From positions 1-52,567 of the forward strand of contig CAXTFG010000001.1 in assembly GCA_964243415.1 (NCBI GenBank): a DNA stretch of 52,567 nt, read 5' to 3'. The translations under genes were made by a program, and so were the position numbers. The notes beneath the pieces are model-generated. The model had not been told where the DNA came from. It saw nothing but the letters and a program-made list of their open reading frames with translations, and searched no databases. How positions within the stretch are numbered: position 1 is the stretch's first letter; every line of letters starts with the position of its first letter. Of this stretch, positions 49,478-52,567 are shown piece by piece. The stretch is from an uncultured Beijerinckiaceae bacterium (GTDB taxonomy: Bacteria; Pseudomonadota; Alphaproteobacteria; Rhizobiales; Beijerinckiaceae).

Positions 49478-50186
49478 GCGCTTCTCGATAGAGCAGCGGG
49501 CTGGCGGCCTCAAGTGAATGCATCATGCCGCGGAGCGCGACCTACCCGTGCCCGAACTACACAAATAATTGTTCCTCCGTGCAACGATAGCGGCCTCAAT
49601 CGAACCGGAGCTGAACCAAGAGGCCCGCTGGGGCGGCTGAGCCAACCCGCAGACTTCAAGGCCACCTGCCGCCGCAGCGCGGCGGCGCCGCGGGATCGGC
49701 GCATAGCCACCCCTTCTTCGTGCTCGTCGTGCAACACCGGGACAGCACCAGCTCTCCGTGACCTCGCCGATATTGTAAAAACAGACCGATCCTGAGAAGA
49801 CGGCGGTCGTTCAGTTGCGTCTGCGTTCAGCGTTTCATCAATGCGAGATCCAAGATGCGCAATTTGATCTTGTTCCTCTTTGGCCGCGTCAACAAGCGGA
49901 AGTCGACGCAAGGCGTTGGACGCCTTATCGAACCGTCTTACATGCCAGTAGACCTTGCGGCGTTCAGTCTTCGCGAGTCATGCTCGGTTTGAACGATTGT
50001 CGGTCCGTTGAGAGTGCTGCCACGTCAGCTCCGGACTTGAGTTATCGTCGATCGAGTGGACCTCTTCCTCTTTTCTGAGAGAGAACGCGCCGATGGTTCA
50101 GAACTCTTGTCCCGGGTTGGCTTCCTCCGCCGCTTGCCCGGCAAGCGACCGATACAGGAGGAGCGTCCGAGCAGAGGCGGCACGTG

Positions 50187-50801
50187 ATGGCTTCACCTAA
50201 CGGTCCCCTTCGCGTCGGCATCGGTGGACCCGTCGGGTCGGGCAAGACGGCATTGATGGAACAGATCTGCAAGCGCTTTCGCGCGTCCTACGACCTCGCC
50301 GCGATTACCAACGACATCTATACAAAGGAGGATGCGCGCATCCTGACCGAGGCTGGTGCGCTGGATGCCGAACGCATCATGGGAGTCGAGACCGGCGGCT
50401 GCCCTCATACTGCCATTCGCGAAGACGCCTCGATGAACCTTGCGGCGATCGCTGCGATGCGCCGGAAATTTCCGGCGCTTGATCTCGTGCTGATCGAATC
50501 GGGCGGCGACAACCTCGCCGCAACCTTCTCGCCGGAGCTGGCAGATCTGACGATCTACGTCATCGACGTCTCGGGTGGCGAGAAGATCCCGAGGAAGGGC
50601 GGTCCGGGCATCACCCGTTCCGACCTCCTCGTGATCAACAAGATGGATCTCGCGCCCCATGTCGGCGCCTCGCTCGATGTCATGGATCGCGATACGCGGC
50701 GCATGCGCGGCGAAAAACCGTACGTCTTCACCAACATGCGTGACGGCACAGGTGTTGGGGACGTCCTCGGTTTCATCGAACGCGCAGGCGGGCTTTGCTG
50801 A
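50187..50801 (+). CDS. ureG: Urease accessory GTPase UreG
   Basis: [37 protein letters not shown] and INKMDLAP. Confidence 0.97.
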   Translation: MASPNGPLRVGIGGPVGSGKTALMEQICKRFRASYDLAAITNDIYTKEDARILTEAGALDAERIMGVETGGCPHTAIREDASMNLAAIAAMRRKFPALDLVLIESGGDNLAATFSPELADLTIYVIDVSGGEKIPRKGGPGITRSDLLVINKMDLAPHVGASLDVMDRDTRRMRGEKPYVFTNMRDGTGVGDVLGFIERAGGLC

Positions 50802-50815
50802 TCGGCCTTGGCTGA

Positions 50816-51514
50816 TCACGAGCGAAACAAGCGCGAATACTGCGTTTCGTGGCGCATCGCGGCAAGGTCGGAGCGCCAGGCGCAGGTGCCGAGATCCTTC
50901 AGGCCGGCCGTCTCTCCCCAGGCGGCGAGCTCCCTGATGTCTGGGACGGACTGGGCGATGATGCGCTGCGCTTCGCTTTGCCCGATCACGCTCAGTCTGA
51001 TGGCTGCCGAAACGAAATTGCTGACCGCGGCAAGCGCAGCCGCTTCAAGCGTCCTGCGTACCGGCACGAGATGGGCGGCCGCGGTCATTCCGAGCGCGAC
51101 GGGATAGGCGATGTCGCGGCCGTCGAGCACCGCCCGCGTGTGCTCCAAGGCGGCCGATGGCCATGCCGTCAGGACGGCATCAAGGAAGGCGTTGCCTTGC
51201 GCGCTCGTTTCGAGGCGGCGTTCGGCGGACGGCGCCAACGCCAGCGCTAGTTCGTTGATGGGCAGCACGCGCCCGGGATCGCGCCACGTGTTGGCGAGCA
51301 GCACCGCATCGGCACGCATCGCCCCATGATGCAGGAGGTCGTTCAGCCATGCGCGGAGACCAGCGGCATCGCGGATGTCGCCGGTTTCGACGGCCCACTC
51401 CAGTCCGTGCGAAAAGGCGAAGCTGCCGATCGGGAAATTTGGGGAAAGCCAAGCGAACAGCTTGAGTGCCGCTGCGTCCGTCTGCCCGCCTTCGGCGGCT
51501 CTCTCGTTGAGCAC
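50816..51514 (-). CDS. ureF: Urease accessory protein UreF
   Basis: WLSPNFPIGSFAFSHGLE, QG.AF, IGQSEAQ and the C-terminal HETQYSRLFRS signature. Confidence 0.95.
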   Translation of the reverse strand: MLNERAAEGGQTDAAALKLFAWLSPNFPIGSFAFSHGLEWAVETGDIRDAAGLRAWLNDLLHHGAMRADAVLLANTWRDPGRVLPINELALALAPSAERRLETSAQGNAFLDAVLTAWPSAALEHTRAVLDGRDIAYPVALGMTAAAHLVPVRRTLEAAALAAVSNFVSAAIRLSVIGQSEAQRIIAQSVPDIRELAAWGETAGLKDLGTCAWRSDLAAMRHETQYSRLFRS

Positions 51515-51525
51515 CGAGTCTTTGT

Positions 51526-52329
51526 TCAACGCCAAGATCGCGGCACTTCGGCGCCCTCCACGCACGACAACAGTGCTGGGACAGCCGTTCGAAGCCGCTC
51601 GGGCGACCGGGCCAGCAAGCGGGCACACGCGACGCCATCGCGTTGACTCGCGCCGGTCTCGACGTGAACTTCAGGATCCGCGTGTTCGAAGAGTTTGGCC
51701 TTCGCCCGCAAGCAATCCAGGTCCGCCCGCTCCGGCGGTACGATCAGCAAGAGACCGACGGCCCGCGCGCCCGAGGCGACGGCAGCCCGATCGAGCACGT
51801 GACCGATCGCGCCTTGCAGACGCGTCTCTTCGGCGAAAACGAGCCGACCTTCTCGGTGCACGCGCCAACTATCCTGGAACCAGCCGCTCGGGTGCGTTTC
51901 GCCACTCGCCCGGCGCCCGAAGACGACGATGTCGGCCGCGACCAGGCCCGCCTCTTCTGAGAGAGTGATCTCGCAGCGACGCCCGAACCGGGCGCCCCCG
52001 AAGAGAATGGTCTCCTGCGGTAGCCAGGTCAGGCAGGCGCCGCCCTCGACACGAAGACAGGTGTCCATCGAAGCCGTCGCGCCCTCGGACCCATACACTT
52101 TTTCGGCAGCAACGCTCCCGAGCATCACTTCGGCCCGTTCGCGCAGAGTCAGGTCCAGCCGCAGCGCGTCGCCCGCCACGATGCCCCCGCCTGTATTGAC
52201 GATCGTTCCGTCGCATGTACGCGCTCGCGCGTGCCGCAAGCGGAGACTCCCGCATTCGTGCAGTGAATGCAGCTGCGTTCGGCCGCCGGCTTCGGCGTAG
52301 ATAGCGCGAAGGGCACTGATGCTCGGCAT
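51526..52329 (-). CDS. ureD: Urease accessory protein UreD
   Basis: VNTGGGIVAGD, AAEKVY, WLPQETILF, VFGRRASGE and a C-terminal PRSW. Confidence 0.92.
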   Translation of the reverse strand: MPSISALRAIYAEAGGRTQLHSLHECGSLRLRHARARTCDGTIVNTGGGIVAGDALRLDLTLRERAEVMLGSVAAEKVYGSEGATASMDTCLRVEGGACLTWLPQETILFGGARFGRRCEITLSEEAGLVAADIVVFGRRASGETHPSGWFQDSWRVHREGRLVFAEETRLQGAIGHVLDRAAVASGARAVGLLLIVPPERADLDCLRAKAKLFEHADPEVHVETGASQRDGVACARLLARSPERLRTAVPALLSCVEGAEVPRSWR

Positions 52330-52567
52330 GCTTGACCATAGCAGGCTCTGCGGTGTTGCGCGCTTAAGCCTGATACTCGGCTTGCGAACCCATCGTCGTG
52401 CTCCGCTCCCAATCGGTCGCATGACCTATTGGCAGCATCTCAGGAACCTTGCTGGTGACCTCGTCTTGCACGTGAACGCGAGCGAGGAGTGGATTAGGAT
52501 GACGTTGGTGATCGTGAGCGGCAATGGGAACGCATCAGGCACGGACGGAGAGGGGACCCTTGCTGCC

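Noticed and set aside
1-52567. CRISPR arrays, tRNA/rRNA genes, transposases, integrases, prophage genes
   Set aside because: None recognised by eye in the sequence or the ORF track; short degenerate elements could have been missed.

Overview
High-GC alphaproteobacterial chromosome segment; gene content and order point to Hyphomicrobiales (inferred). About 1-32.5 kb is mostly housekeeping: a CHASE3 kinase/receiver pair, dapB, gpmA, alkB, grpE, pgk/gap, zapA, arfB, an M48 protease, an rpoH paralogue, cobT/cobS/J-domain/bolA, a DD-carboxypeptidase, a COG0523 GTPase, metW/metX, chorismate mutase-hisC-tyrC, ilvE, yihY, a CPA1 antiporter, bdhA and ltaE. Two accessory loci stand out. (1) 32.6-40.5 kb: a surface-glycan locus with wzt/wzm, an epimerase and CDP-glucose 4,6-dehydratase, whose stop/start codons are chained to an SDR, a divergent dehydroquinate-synthase-like sugar-phosphate cyclase and a YerE-like ThDP enzyme. 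This is a candidate pathway for a branched or carbocyclic higher-carbon sugar. (2) 42.2-45.8 kb: an operon encoding a DUF2064/TIGR04282-like protein, a hidden 53-aa ORF, a radical SAM/Twitch enzyme, a DPM1-like GT2 and a nucleoside phosphorylase, product unknown. Also found by reading the DNA: an internally deleted L-2-hydroxyglutarate-oxidase-like pseudogene, a frameshifted small secreted-protein gene, a two-fold symmetric sigmaEcfG-type promoter, a perfect CtrA box, and ureD-ureF convergent with ureG with no ureABC or ureE. No rRNA, tRNA, CRISPR array or transposase was recognised. All family calls come from motif recognition by eye; no database search was run.
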